From contig CAWHXD010000017.1 of assembly GCA_963833225.1 (NCBI GenBank), forward strand, positions 320,001 to 384,000: a stretch of 64,000 bases of DNA, given 5' to 3'. This document shows positions 20,186-29,701 of this stretch, in pieces (position 1 is the first letter of the stretch; each line of letters opens with the position of its first letter). Position numbers and translations under genes: made by a program. Below the pieces are notes generated by a model, which did not search any database, was not told the origin of the DNA, and worked only from the letters and a program-made list of their open reading frames with translations. Source of the DNA: an uncultured Chloroflexia bacterium (GTDB lineage: Bacteria; Chloroflexota; Limnocylindria; Limnocylindrales; CSP1-4).

Positions 20186-21043
20186 ATGACAGACCAGGAG
20201 ACGATGCGTCGAACACGCCGAGCGGTGCTCGGTGCCGCCCTCGGTGGCGCGGCCGCCGTCGCTGCGGGCTCGCTCCGGCCACTCGAGGTGCGGGCCGCCG
20301 ATGGCGGCAATGCGCTCCTCGGCCAGGCGAACGAGTCGACGGCCCAGACGAGCTTCGAGAACACCGATCCAGGCGAGCCGTCGCTGGTTGGGATCCAGGC
20401 CTCGGGCGGCATCGGCGTGGTGGGCTCGTCCATCGGCGGCGCGGGCGTCCACGGGTCCTCCGATGGCAAGTCGGGGGTGTGGGGAACCTCCGGGGAGCAG
20501 GCCGGCGTGTGGGGCAGCTCCGGGGAGGACAGCCTGGCGACCGTCGAGCCCGGCGAGACCGGCGTGTACGGGTACGCCAACACCTCGATCTACTCCAACG
20601 GCGTGTGGGGCGATTCCATCGACGGCGCCGGCCTCTACGGAACCGGCTACTACGGCCTGTACGCGCTGGGTGGCATCGCGGTCCAGGGTGACTCCGGGCC
20701 GAGCGGCGTCGGGGTGTACGGCTGGACGGGCAACGCCGCCCCGCCCACCCCATCCGCGGGCGTGGGCGTCTACGCCAGGGCCGAGACCAACGATGAGACC
20801 GCGCTCCAGGTGGTCGGCAAGCTCAAGTTCAACCGGTCCGGCACCCGCAGCATGAAGACTTCCAGGAAGACCTTCCCGTACAACGGCATGACCTCGAGCT
20901 CGCAGGTGTTCGCGGTCCTGCAGACGAACCGGTCCGGCGTGTACATCCGGTCCGTCAAGCCGCAGAGGGACCAGTTCACGGTGCGCCTCTCCAAGTCGCC
21001 GGGCAAGAAGGTGACGTTCAGCTTCATCGTCATCAACGGGTAG
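20186..21043 (+). CDS. Tat-exported Gly-rich repeat protein
   Basis: TRRAVLG twin-arginine signal ending VRA; repeated GVxGxS units. Confidence 0.75.
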   Translation: MTDQETMRRTRRAVLGAALGGAAAVAAGSLRPLEVRAADGGNALLGQANESTAQTSFENTDPGEPSLVGIQASGGIGVVGSSIGGAGVHGSSDGKSGVWGTSGEQAGVWGSSGEDSLATVEPGETGVYGYANTSIYSNGVWGDSIDGAGLYGTGYYGLYALGGIAVQGDSGPSGVGVYGWTGNAAPPTPSAGVGVYARAETNDETALQVVGKLKFNRSGTRSMKTSRKTFPYNGMTSSSQVFAVLQTNRSGVYIRSVKPQRDQFTVRLSKSPGKKVTFSFIVING

Positions 21044-21097
21044 CGGCCATGCAGCGAACCGCATCGGCGCGATCCAAGCCCGCGATCCGGGACCAGT

Positions 21098-21131
21098 CGA
21101 AGGGACTTCGCGTACCGTCCGAGTCCCTTCG
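21098..21131 (+). terminator. Hairpin downstream of the Tat protein gene
   Basis: CGAAGGGACT...AGTCCCTTCG inverted repeat; no U-tract. Confidence 0.4.
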
Positions 21132-21315
21132 GTCGAGGAGCGCGATCCACCCAGCCAACGCCAAGGCGCCCCGCGGGTCCAGCGGGAGCCCCGGCCAGGC
21201 ACGGAAGCTGGGCGGTGTGCGCCCCGCGAGTGAGCCCGAGCCGGGCGCCTGACAATTTCGCCTGGTCGTGCGCCAGCGCCCCCCCCGCGGGCGCTGGTGC
21301 TAGCCTCCGGCTGAC

Positions 21316-21777
21316 ATGGCACTCCGCACGGCCAGCCTCGCCAAGCTGATCCTCGCGGCCGCGCTCCTCGGCGGGTGCGGCACGATCTCCACGACGCCGC
21401 CACCGGCGACGCCGACGGACTTCCCCGGGCTCGCCGGGCGACTCAACGCCGCCGGGATCAAGGTTGCGGACTGGGTGTCCGGGGAGGCCGGCTGCAACGA
21501 CACTGAGCTGCGCAAGACCGCGATCCGGTTCGAGGCCCACGGCCTGGACCAGGCGACGCCGGTGACGCTCTACCTCTACGTGTTCCGCAACCGTGATGCG
21601 TTCGAACGAAACCGTGCATCCATCGGGCCTTGCGCCGCCGCCTACGTGACCGACCCGGACACGTTCGAGGAGATCGAGCAGTCGCCGTACGTCCTGACCA
21701 GCCAGGGACCGTGGGCGACGGGGTTCGAGGCCGCGCTGCGGGCGACCCTGGAGACCGCGGCGGGCACCGGGGGCTAG
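21316..21777 (+). CDS. Putative lipoprotein
   Basis: Lipobox LLGGC; two further Cys; TGC-TAGCCT extended -10 just upstream. Confidence 0.75.
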   Translation: MALRTASLAKLILAAALLGGCGTISTTPPPATPTDFPGLAGRLNAAGIKVADWVSGEAGCNDTELRKTAIRFEAHGLDQATPVTLYLYVFRNRDAFERNRASIGPCAAAYVTDPDTFEEIEQSPYVLTSQGPWATGFEAALRATLETAAGTGG

Positions 21778-22013
21778 GCCAGGCGCGGACCTCGCGGCGG
21801 CGCGGGCCGTCCTGCTCGGCGGGCGAACGAACATCCCCAGCGCCAGCGGACCGCACCCCAGCCCACCGGACCGTGGCCCGCGGGTCAGGGGCGAGTACTG
21901 GCGCGGACCACACCCGACCGCACCCGACTCAACCGGGACCCTGACCGTCCTCTCACGGAGCGAAGGACAACCGGGCCGTCGTTCCGGGACCGGGCTGCGC
22001 AGATGCTCTGGGC

Positions 22014-22850
22014 ATGGACCTCTCTCCCCGCTCGCGTCGAGCCCTCGCCACCGTCCTCGCGCTGGTGCTCGCGGCGGAGACGCTATCGGCCGTCGCCGTG
22101 GCAGCCGCCCCGCGGATCGTCACACATTCGCTGCCCGCGCAACCCGCGGCCGGCGTGGTGCTCGCCGCCGAGACGGTGCCCGGACCCGCCCTGGGGCCCG
22201 TCGAACCCCTGTCCTGGGCACGCGCCGACGACGAGCCCGATATCCCGAGACTGTCCACGCTCCTGGTCAACCAGGCGGCGGCAGCGGCGGCCGCGGAGGA
22301 GGCCGGTGCATCCGACGGCGAGTCCGGGGCACGGGATCGCTCGACCGGCTCGTCCACCAAGGACACCGCGAAGGCGAAGGCGAAGGCGAAGGCGAAGCGG
22401 AAGGCGGCGTCCAAGGACGATCAGGCCGACCGCCAGTCCAGCCCGTCCTACTCCGGCACCAATCACGTCTGGATCCCATCGCTGGGCATCAGCCGGTCGA
22501 CCCGCTGGTTCCCGTGCGATCGGCAGCGCCCGCCCGACAACTACATGTACCGCTGGGGCTGCGCCGGGACGAACAACGTCTACCTCATGGGCCACGCGTA
22601 CAGCGTGATGAAGCCCCTTCACGACGCCTACGTGAGCGGGCGGCTGCGCAAGGGAACCAAGGCCTGGTATGCCGATCCGAACGGGAAGGTGCACGTCTAC
22701 GCCGTCCGCTGGTGGAAGGTCACCCTTCCGACGACCGACGCCGCGTGGGCCTGGGCTGCCCAGGCTGTGCCGTCGATGACGCTCCAGACGTGCGTTGGCA
22801 AGAACAGCAAGTACCGGCTGATGGTCCGCCTCGTCGAGGTCAAGAAGTAG
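22014..22850 (+). CDS. Sortase-domain protein
   Basis: N-terminal anchor; IPSLGI; His (LMGHAY), TLQTC and Arg (YRLMV) catalytic triad. Confidence 0.8.
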   Translation: MDLSPRSRRALATVLALVLAAETLSAVAVAAAPRIVTHSLPAQPAAGVVLAAETVPGPALGPVEPLSWARADDEPDIPRLSTLLVNQAAAAAAAEEAGASDGESGARDRSTGSSTKDTAKAKAKAKAKRKAASKDDQADRQSSPSYSGTNHVWIPSLGISRSTRWFPCDRQRPPDNYMYRWGCAGTNNVYLMGHAYSVMKPLHDAYVSGRLRKGTKAWYADPNGKVHVYAVRWWKVTLPTTDAAWAWAAQAVPSMTLQTCVGKNSKYRLMVRLVEVKK

Positions 22851-22905
22851 CCTCGAGACCGGCGGCACGACGCTTTCGCCGCGTTCTTGCTAGCCTCAGC
22901 CCCGC

Positions 22906-23583
22906 ATGTCCGAGCCTGCCGTCCCGCCCACCCCTCCCGCTCCCAGCGCGTCGGTGCTGCGACGCGCGATCCTCGTGCACCTGCGCCGCAGCGGCCCCTC
23001 ATCTCCCGACACGATCGCCACCGCCATCGGCGCAAGCCGCAGCGGCGTCGCGCAGCAGCTGCGAGCTCTCGACACCGCTGGGCTGGTGACCCGGGCCTCC
23101 ATGCGTCACGGCGTGGGCAGACCGCGCCATCTCTACGACGTCACGGCCGATGCGCAGGACCTGTTCCCTTCCAACTATGACGGCCTCGCCACCGGGCTCC
23201 TGGCCGCGATCCTCGAGGTCGGGGGCGAGACCCTTGTCGAGGACGTGTTCGCGGCACGCCGGCGGCAGGCCCAGGCGCACCTTCGTGGACGATTGGTCGA
23301 GCGGCTGCCGGCCGATGCCCCGCTCGAGCACCGGGTGCGTGAGCTCGCCCGGCTCCAGGACGAGCTGGGCTACATCTCGGAGGCGCGAGTCGACCCCGAC
23401 GGGATCCGGCTGCTTGAGCACAACTGCGCAGTGCTGGACGTGGCCCGGGGCAATCCCGCGGCCTGCCGGGCGGAGCTCGACCTGTTCCGCGAGGTCCTGG
23501 GCACCGAGGTCACGCGCGAGCGCCACATCGCGACGGGAGACCGATGCTGCGAGTACCGGATCGGCAGCCCGACCCCCTCGTAG
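22906..23583 (+). CDS. SufR-like HTH transcriptional regulator
   Basis: N-terminal wHTH, GVGRPRHLY, FPSNY; Cys in HNC, AACRAEL and DRCCEY. Confidence 0.8.
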   Translation: MSEPAVPPTPPAPSASVLRRAILVHLRRSGPSSPDTIATAIGASRSGVAQQLRALDTAGLVTRASMRHGVGRPRHLYDVTADAQDLFPSNYDGLATGLLAAILEVGGETLVEDVFAARRRQAQAHLRGRLVERLPADAPLEHRVRELARLQDELGYISEARVDPDGIRLLEHNCAVLDVARGNPAACRAELDLFREVLGTEVTRERHIATGDRCCEYRIGSPTPS

Positions 23584-23616
23584 GGGCCCGTGGTCATGCG
23601 CCCCCGTGGGCCGCGG

Positions 23617-24672
23617 TCAGCCCTCCTCGCGCTCCACGACCTCCCGCGGCGCGGGCTCACGAACGGCGCGGGGCACATCGGACACGTTGGGGACGAAGGA
23701 CGCGGCAAGCGACGTCGCCGCGATCTGCTCCTGCTCCGAGAGCGACAGGATCCCCAGGCGGCTGAGGGTGGCGAGCTCGTCGCGGATGTAGGTCCGATTC
23801 ATCTCGGGACCGTCGGTGCTGATCGCGTAGCGGACCCCGTTGCGCCGGAACTGGTCAAAGATCCAGCGGAACTCGTCCCAGCCCGATACCACGCCCGTGT
23901 TGAGGTTTGACGTGGGGCAGATCTCGAGCACGATGCCCCGCTCGCGGAGCATCGTCATGGTGTGCGGATCGTAGGCCGCCTTGACCCCGTGCCCGATCCG
24001 GTCAGGCTCCAGGATCTCGATGACCCGGGCGACCTCCTCGACCGGACCTGACTCGCCGGTGTGGACGGTGATCCCAAGCCCGTGCTGCCTCGCTCGTCGG
24101 AACAGCCGGCGGTAGTCGGCGACGCGGAAGGTGGCCGACTCGGGGCCCGCGATATCGACCCCGACGACCCCGCGGTCACGCCACGCGATGGCCTTCTCCG
24201 CGATGATCTCGTTGAGCTCGTAGGGGAACGCGCGGTCGAGGCAGAAGATGAGCCCGGGCTTGACCGGGTACTCGAGCGTGGCGCGGTCCATGCCGCGGAC
24301 CGCCGCCGCGATGATGTGGTCGAGATCCTGCTCGCCGCCCCGGTTGCGCTTCATCGGGTTGAAGCGCAGCTCCGTGGTCGTGATGTTGTTCTTGCGGTAG
24401 GCCCCGCCCACGACCTCGTAGACGGCGCGCTCCACCGCGATCGGGCTGGACTGGATGAGCTCCGTCCAGTGGAACAGCTGCAGGTACCCGTCGAAGCTCC
24501 GGGCCCGCCTGGGGTGGACCGTGATCAGGTCGCGGAACTCCCAGTAGTCGCGGGTGGGGAGCTTGATCCCCTGGGCATGGGCGATGGACCACATGATGGC
24601 CGGGGTGACGGCCGCACCGAGGTGGCAGTGCAGCTCGGCAAGGGGGATCTTGCGGCTGATCGTGGAGGGCAT
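23617..24672 (-). CDS. add: Adenosine deaminase family
   Basis: ELHCHLG, TVHTGE, RIGHG, EICPTSN, STDGP. Confidence 0.9.
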   Translation of the reverse strand: MPSTISRKIPLAELHCHLGAAVTPAIMWSIAHAQGIKLPTRDYWEFRDLITVHPRRARSFDGYLQLFHWTELIQSSPIAVERAVYEVVGGAYRKNNITTTELRFNPMKRNRGGEQDLDHIIAAAVRGMDRATLEYPVKPGLIFCLDRAFPYELNEIIAEKAIAWRDRGVVGVDIAGPESATFRVADYRRLFRRARQHGLGITVHTGESGPVEEVARVIEILEPDRIGHGVKAAYDPHTMTMLRERGIVLEICPTSNLNTGVVSGWDEFRWIFDQFRRNGVRYAISTDGPEMNRTYIRDELATLSRLGILSLSEQEQIAATSLAASFVPNVSDVPRAVREPAPREVVEREEG

Positions 24673-24714
24673 GTGCTGCAGGATATCGCGGGTGTCCCCG
24701 GGAGCCGTCCGCGA

Positions 24715-25770
24715 TCAGCCGGTGGCCAGGCCCGGCACGACTCGGCCCTCCGCATCGAGGGTGGCGCGGCGGCGCAGGTTGCGCAGCTCGGCGCCCGGCA
24801 CCTGGTCCCGTGCGTGGTAGCTGGACCGGACCAGCGGGCCCGACTCCACGTGGCGGAAGCCCATCGCGAGGGCCTCGGTCTTCATCTCCGCGAACTCGTC
24901 GGGGTGGTAGTAGCGTTCGAGGGGAAGGTGCTCCGTCGTGGGCCGCAGGTACTGGCCGATGGTCAGGATGTCGACGTCGACCGCGCGCAGGGCCTCGAAC
25001 GCCTCGGTCATCTCCCCGCGCGTCTCGCCGAGGCCGACCATCAGGCTGCTCTTGGTGTGCGCCGCGTTGCCGTACTCGGCCGCATACGCCTTCGCCCGCT
25101 CGAGAACGGAGAGCGTGCGATCCCAGCGGGCCCGCTTGCGGACGGGCTGCTGGAGGCGCTTCACGGTCTCGAGGTTGTGGTTGAGGATGTCCGGCCCGGC
25201 GTCCATGACCGTCCGGAGCGGAGCTTCCTCGCCATTGAAGTCCGGGATCAGGACCTCGACGCCCATCAGCGGGCTGCGCTCGCGGATCTCGCGGATCGTG
25301 GCCGCGAACGCGCCGGCACCACCGTCGGGCAGGTCATCACGGGCGACGCTCGTCACCACGACGTGGTCCAGGCGCATGGCGGCGACGGCCTCGGCCACCC
25401 GGCGCGGCTCGTCGTCGTCGAACCAGGTCGGCCGGCCGGTCTTGATGGCACAGAAGCCGCAGGCGCGGGTACAGACGTCACCGAGGATCATGACCGTCGC
25501 GGTGCGCTGGTCCCAGCACTCGCCGACGTTGGGGCAGACGGCCTCCTCGCAGACCGTGTTGAGGTTGAGGCCGCGCAGGAGCCCCTTGAGGTCGTGGTAG
25601 TTGTCGCCCGACGGCATCCGCGACTTGATCCAGTCGGGGTGGCGGCGTGGCGGCCGGGTGCCGTCCGCCGCCGGCGTGAACGGTCCGCCGCCCATCGCGA
25701 TGGAGATCGCCGAGGCAGGCGCATGCGCGTGCGCGGGGCTGGGCTCGAAGACGGGGAGCTCGCGTGCCAT
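24715..25770 (-). CDS. lipA: Lipoyl synthase
   Basis: CEEAVCPNVGEC, CTRACGFC, RSSYHA. Confidence 0.97.
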   Translation of the reverse strand: MARELPVFEPSPAHAHAPASAISIAMGGGPFTPAADGTRPPRRHPDWIKSRMPSGDNYHDLKGLLRGLNLNTVCEEAVCPNVGECWDQRTATVMILGDVCTRACGFCAIKTGRPTWFDDDEPRRVAEAVAAMRLDHVVVTSVARDDLPDGGAGAFAATIREIRERSPLMGVEVLIPDFNGEEAPLRTVMDAGPDILNHNLETVKRLQQPVRKRARWDRTLSVLERAKAYAAEYGNAAHTKSSLMVGLGETRGEMTEAFEALRAVDVDILTIGQYLRPTTEHLPLERYYHPDEFAEMKTEALAMGFRHVESGPLVRSSYHARDQVPGAELRNLRRRATLDAEGRVVPGLATG

Positions 25771-25817
25771 GAAGCGAGTGTACGACGGGTCGGTGGGGTA
25801 GGTGGCGGGAGCGGGGG

Positions 25818-27293
25818 CTAGTAGACGGAGGTCTCCGGGCCGACGGCCTCGAGCCAGTCTTTGATGTCCCGGAGGAGAGCCGCCCCACCCGCGCCGTCGT
25901 TGGCGCGGTGGTCGATGCCGAGGACCATGTTCATGATCGGGCGGATCGCGATGACGTCGCCGTCCTCGCCGCTGACCACGACCGGCCGCTTGGTGATCGC
26001 CTCCATGGTGACGATGCCGACCTCGGGCACATTGAGGATGGGCATCACCAGGTTCGTGCCCAGGTAGCCCGTGTTGTCGACCGTGAACGTGCCCCCGCCG
26101 AAGTCGTCCAGGCGGAGCTTGCCTGCCCGTGTCCGGTTTGCCACGTCCGTGATCGCCATGTTGAGGCCGTGGACGCTGAGCGTGTCCGCGTCCCGGATGA
26201 CCGGGACGATGAGCCCCTCATCCATGGCGACCGCGACGCCGATGTTGATCCGGCGCTTCGCGACGAGCCCCTGCTCGGTCCAGTTGGCGTTGAACGTCGG
26301 GCTGCGCTTGAGGGCCTCGGCCGCGGCCTTGACGACGAACGGGACATAGCTCAGCCCGATCCCCTCCTTCGCCTGGTAGGCCTTCTTCATCCCCTCGCGC
26401 AGGCGGACGAGCCGGCTCGCATCGATCTCCATCTGGATGTACGCGTGGGGAGCCTGGAGCGCACGGGTCATCTGGTTCGCGATGCCCTTGCGCATCTGGG
26501 TCATCGGGACGAGGACCTCGTCCGCGCCGGCCGGGAACTCGATCGCGTGGCCGGCGGCCAGCTTGGTCGTGGCGGCGGATCCAGCGCTGCCGGCGGGTGC
26601 CGGCGCCCCGGCCGATGCGGGCGCCCCGCCGGTCGCGGTAGCGGCCGGGGCCGCCGCGGGGGACGGCGCCGCGGGGGATGGCGCTGCGGGGGCAGCCGGG
26701 CCTGCACCCGTCCGGACGGCCTCCACGAAGGCGATCACGTCTTCGCGGGTGATCCGGCCGCCGCCGCCGGTGCCCGAGATCTGGGCAGGCTGCAGATCGT
26801 GCTCCCGCAGGAGCCGGCGGACCGCGGGGGTCATCCGCGCGTTGGGGTCATGGACGGCGGGGGCGGAGGCGGCGGGGGGCTCTGGGGCGAGCGCGGCGTC
26901 GGGGGCGGACGGGGCGGGCCCGGCGGTGGCGGCTGCGCCGGCGACGGGAGCCTGCTCGGGTTCGGACCCGGTGTCGGAGGCGGAGGCGGAGGCGGAGGCA
27001 GGCACGGTGGCGACGTCAGGGGCGGTGGACGCCGCGGCCGACGCGCCGGCTCCCTCTTCCTCGGTCTCGATGACGGCGATCTCGGCGTTGTTGGGGACGG
27101 TGTCGCCTTCCTGGGCCAGGATCTCGGTGAGGACCCCCGCGTACGGTGATGGCACCTCGGCGTTCACCTTGTCGGTGATGACCTCGAGGAGGGGTTCGTA
27201 CTTCGCGACCGTGTCACCGGGCTGCTTGAGCCAGCGTCCGATCGTCCCCTCCGCGACACTCTCGCCGAGCTGGGGCATCGTCACCTTGGCCAA
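25818..27293 (-). CDS. Dihydrolipoamide acyltransferase E2
   Basis: Lipoyl domain TDKVNAEVPSP, E3-binding GTGGGGRITRED, catalytic DHRANDG; TTG start with GGAGGAG RBS. Confidence 0.95.
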   Translation of the reverse strand: MAKVTMPQLGESVAEGTIGRWLKQPGDTVAKYEPLLEVITDKVNAEVPSPYAGVLTEILAQEGDTVPNNAEIAVIETEEEGAGASAAASTAPDVATVPASASASASDTGSEPEQAPVAGAAATAGPAPSAPDAALAPEPPAASAPAVHDPNARMTPAVRRLLREHDLQPAQISGTGGGGRITREDVIAFVEAVRTGAGPAAPAAPSPAAPSPAAAPAATATGGAPASAGAPAPAGSAGSAATTKLAAGHAIEFPAGADEVLVPMTQMRKGIANQMTRALQAPHAYIQMEIDASRLVRLREGMKKAYQAKEGIGLSYVPFVVKAAAEALKRSPTFNANWTEQGLVAKRRINIGVAVAMDEGLIVPVIRDADTLSVHGLNMAITDVANRTRAGKLRLDDFGGGTFTVDNTGYLGTNLVMPILNVPEVGIVTMEAITKRPVVVSGEDGDVIAIRPIMNMVLGIDHRANDGAGGAALLRDIKDWLEAVGPETSVY

Positions 27294-28660
27294 TGGTCTG
27301 CTCCTCCGATGCGGGCGGTTCGCGAGGGACGCGACGAATTGTGGGGGCTAGTGTCGCGCATCCCGCGCGTCCATGCCCAACCTGGGCCCCGGATCGGCTG
27401 ACGTGGACGGCGCGGTCCCACTGCCGCGGATGCCACGTCGTCGCGAAGCCAGATTCCGATCGCTGCCGGCCGCATCGAATCACCTGCCGTCGCCCGGATG
27501 TCCCGGACCACGGCCTCGAGGTCGACGGCACCCCGCTGGCGCGCGTTGAACGCCGCGACGATCAGCGACGCATCGACCCGGGCGCGGTCGAACCGGCGGT
27601 CCACCGCGCGCTGAAGCAAGCGTCGGAGCGGCTGAGCCGCCGCCGCCGCGACGAGGGTGGATCCGGCCACCGCAAGGGTCTCGCTGGAGGTGACGTTCGC
27701 GAGCGCCCACTGAAGTGCGAGGTTGCCGAGGACGAACGTTGCCACCAGCAGGAAGCTGAGCAACATGTATGCGATCGAGCGGCTGATCAGGCGGTCGATG
27801 TCGTACAGGCGATAGCGCAGGATGGCCAGCGTGACCGCGGCCGGGACCAGGGCCAGGGTGACCGGTCCCAGCAGGCTCAGCACATCGGACGAGATGTCGA
27901 CGAACGTGGGCAGGGTGGTCACCGCAAACAGCACGATCGCGGCAAGCATCCACTTGAGCTGCTGACGCTCATCCCCACGACCACGGCGGAAGCGAACCGC
28001 GATCGAGGCAACGCCCATGGACAGACCGACCAGCATCGCCACGAAACCGCCGGCTACCCCAAGCGCGCCGACCCACTCGGGCACCCCCGGAATCGCCAGC
28101 GGGTTGGGTGGCGTGCCAGGGTCGATCCGGTCGCTGCCGAAGATGGTCGCGAGCGTGGACGCGGCGAGCACCCCCACGAGTGCCAACGTCGGAACCCTCC
28201 AGCGAGGTCCGGGCAGCCGGCCGTCCGGGAACAACAGGGGCACGAATGCCAACATGACCACGACGAACAGGACGACCATCGCGGCACCCATCGCTCCCGC
28301 GGCGCCGGCGACCGCCGGCATCGCGTCGGCCCCCAGCCCGACCACGCCGAAGCCGAGAAAGACGCCAACGCCGAGAGGCGCGGCGGCCAGGAACAGCCAG
28401 CCGATTCGGTTCCCCGGTCGAAGCCGCACGAGCAGCCACCCGAGCGAGGCCAGCCATGCGAGAACGGGCATGAGCTCGACGACCGACAGCTCGGTGCTGT
28501 GGTCACCGGGAGCGAGCGCCGCCGGGAGCCAGACCCAGAGCAGGATGATTGAGCCGGCGACGGACAGGAGCCACACCGCGCTCGCGGCCAACCGCTCCCC
28601 GCCCGACGCACGCACGTCGGTCTGGGCACGGGCGGCACGCTGATTCAGAGGTGTGACCAC
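27281..28660 (-). CDS. Polytopic membrane protein resembling a sensor-kinase input domain, without a kinase module
   Basis: About 10 TM segments; PGNRIGW, LLFPDGRLPGPRWR, ERQQLKW, AILRYRLYDID and QRAVDRRFDR motifs. Confidence 0.8.
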   Translation of the reverse strand: MVTPLNQRAARAQTDVRASGGERLAASAVWLLSVAGSIILLWVWLPAALAPGDHSTELSVVELMPVLAWLASLGWLLVRLRPGNRIGWLFLAAAPLGVGVFLGFGVVGLGADAMPAVAGAAGAMGAAMVVLFVVVMLAFVPLLFPDGRLPGPRWRVPTLALVGVLAASTLATIFGSDRIDPGTPPNPLAIPGVPEWVGALGVAGGFVAMLVGLSMGVASIAVRFRRGRGDERQQLKWMLAAIVLFAVTTLPTFVDISSDVLSLLGPVTLALVPAAVTLAILRYRLYDIDRLISRSIAYMLLSFLLVATFVLGNLALQWALANVTSSETLAVAGSTLVAAAAAQPLRRLLQRAVDRRFDRARVDASLIVAAFNARQRGAVDLEAVVRDIRATAGDSMRPAAIGIWLRDDVASAAVGPRRPRQPIRGPGWAWTRGMRDTSPHNSSRPSRTARIGGADHWPR

Positions 28661-28717
28661 GACCCGATCGTCGCGGGGGACCGTTCCGGGAGCGTTACGG
28701 GGGCGCTCCCGACGCCA

Positions 28718-29701
28718 TCAATACGCGGCGAGCTTGCGGATCGCGTCGGCGATGCGGGCCGGGTTGAGCAGGAACCACTCCTCGAGGACGTGGTTGTAGG
28801 GCATCGCCGGCACGTCCGGGCCCGCGACCCGCGACACCGGCCCGTCGAGGTAGTCGAACGCCTCCTCGGCGACGATGGCGGCGATCTCCGCGCCATACCC
28901 GCCGAACTTGTTGTCCTCGTAGGCGATGAGGCACTTGCCGGTCTTGCGCACCGACCCGAGGAGCATGTCGCGATCGAGCGGCCGCAACGTCCGCAGGTCG
29001 ACCACCTCTACCTCGATCCCCTCTCCGGCCACCCGCTCCGCGGCCTCAAGGCTGTAGGCCACCATCAGGCCGTAGGCAACGAGCGTCACGTGCCGTCCGG
29101 GCCGCCGGATCGCCGCCCGCCCGAGGGGCACGGTCCAGTCCCCCGCCGGCACGTCGCCGCGCACGGACCGGTACATCTTCTTGTGCTCGAAGAACAGGAC
29201 CGGGTCCTCGTCCCGGACCGCCGACTTGAGCAGGCCCTTGGCGTCGTACGGGGTCGACGGGATCACGACCTTGAGCCCGGGGACGTGGGTGAAGAACGCC
29301 TCGACCGACTGGCTGTGGTACAGCGCGCCGTGGACGCCGCCGCCGTAGGGGGCGCGGACCACCATCGGGAGGCCGATCCCGCCGTTGGTGCGATAGCGCA
29401 TCCGCGCGGCTTCCGACACGAGCTGGTTGAACGCCGGGTGGATGAAGTCCGCGAACTGGATCTCGGCGATGGGGCGCAGGCCGTTGATCGCGGCCCCGAT
29501 CGAGGCCCCGATGATCATCGATTCGGTGAGCGGGGTGTCGATGACGCGCGCGTCACCGAACTCGGTCCACAGCCCGTCGGTGGCGAGGAACACGCCGCCC
29601 TTGCGCCCGACATCCTCGCCCAGGACGATCACGCTGCTGTCGCGCTGCATCTCCTCCACGAGACCTTCGCGGATCGCCTCGATCATCGTCCGGATGGCCA
29701 T
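28718..29701 (-). CDS. 2-oxoacid dehydrogenase E1 beta subunit
   Basis: GEDVGRKGGVF, DTPLTE, EIQFADF, GALYHSQ. Confidence 0.95.
   Translation of the reverse strand: MAIRTMIEAIREGLVEEMQRDSSVIVLGEDVGRKGGVFLATDGLWTEFGDARVIDTPLTESMIIGASIGAAINGLRPIAEIQFADFIHPAFNQLVSEAARMRYRTNGGIGLPMVVRAPYGGGVHGALYHSQSVEAFFTHVPGLKVVIPSTPYDAKGLLKSAVRDEDPVLFFEHKKMYRSVRGDVPAGDWTVPLGRAAIRRPGRHVTLVAYGLMVAYSLEAAERVAGEGIEVEVVDLRTLRPLDRDMLLGSVRKTGKCLIAYEDNKFGGYGAEIAAIVAEEAFDYLDGPVSRVAGPDVPAMPYNHVLEEWFLLNPARIADAIRKLAAY

Noticed and set aside
21185-21215. SRP RNA-like CAGGCACGGAAG motif
   Set aside because: The stem around GGAA pairs poorly and the AGCAG internal-loop consensus is missing
21780-22010. c-di-AMP riboswitch upstream of the sortase
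   Set aside because: ydaO consensus elements are not present; only short hairpins are seen
22368-22397. (GCGAAG)x5 repeat, and (GGAGGC)x4 near 26976
   Set aside because: Ordinary in-frame low-complexity linkers (AK and AS repeats)
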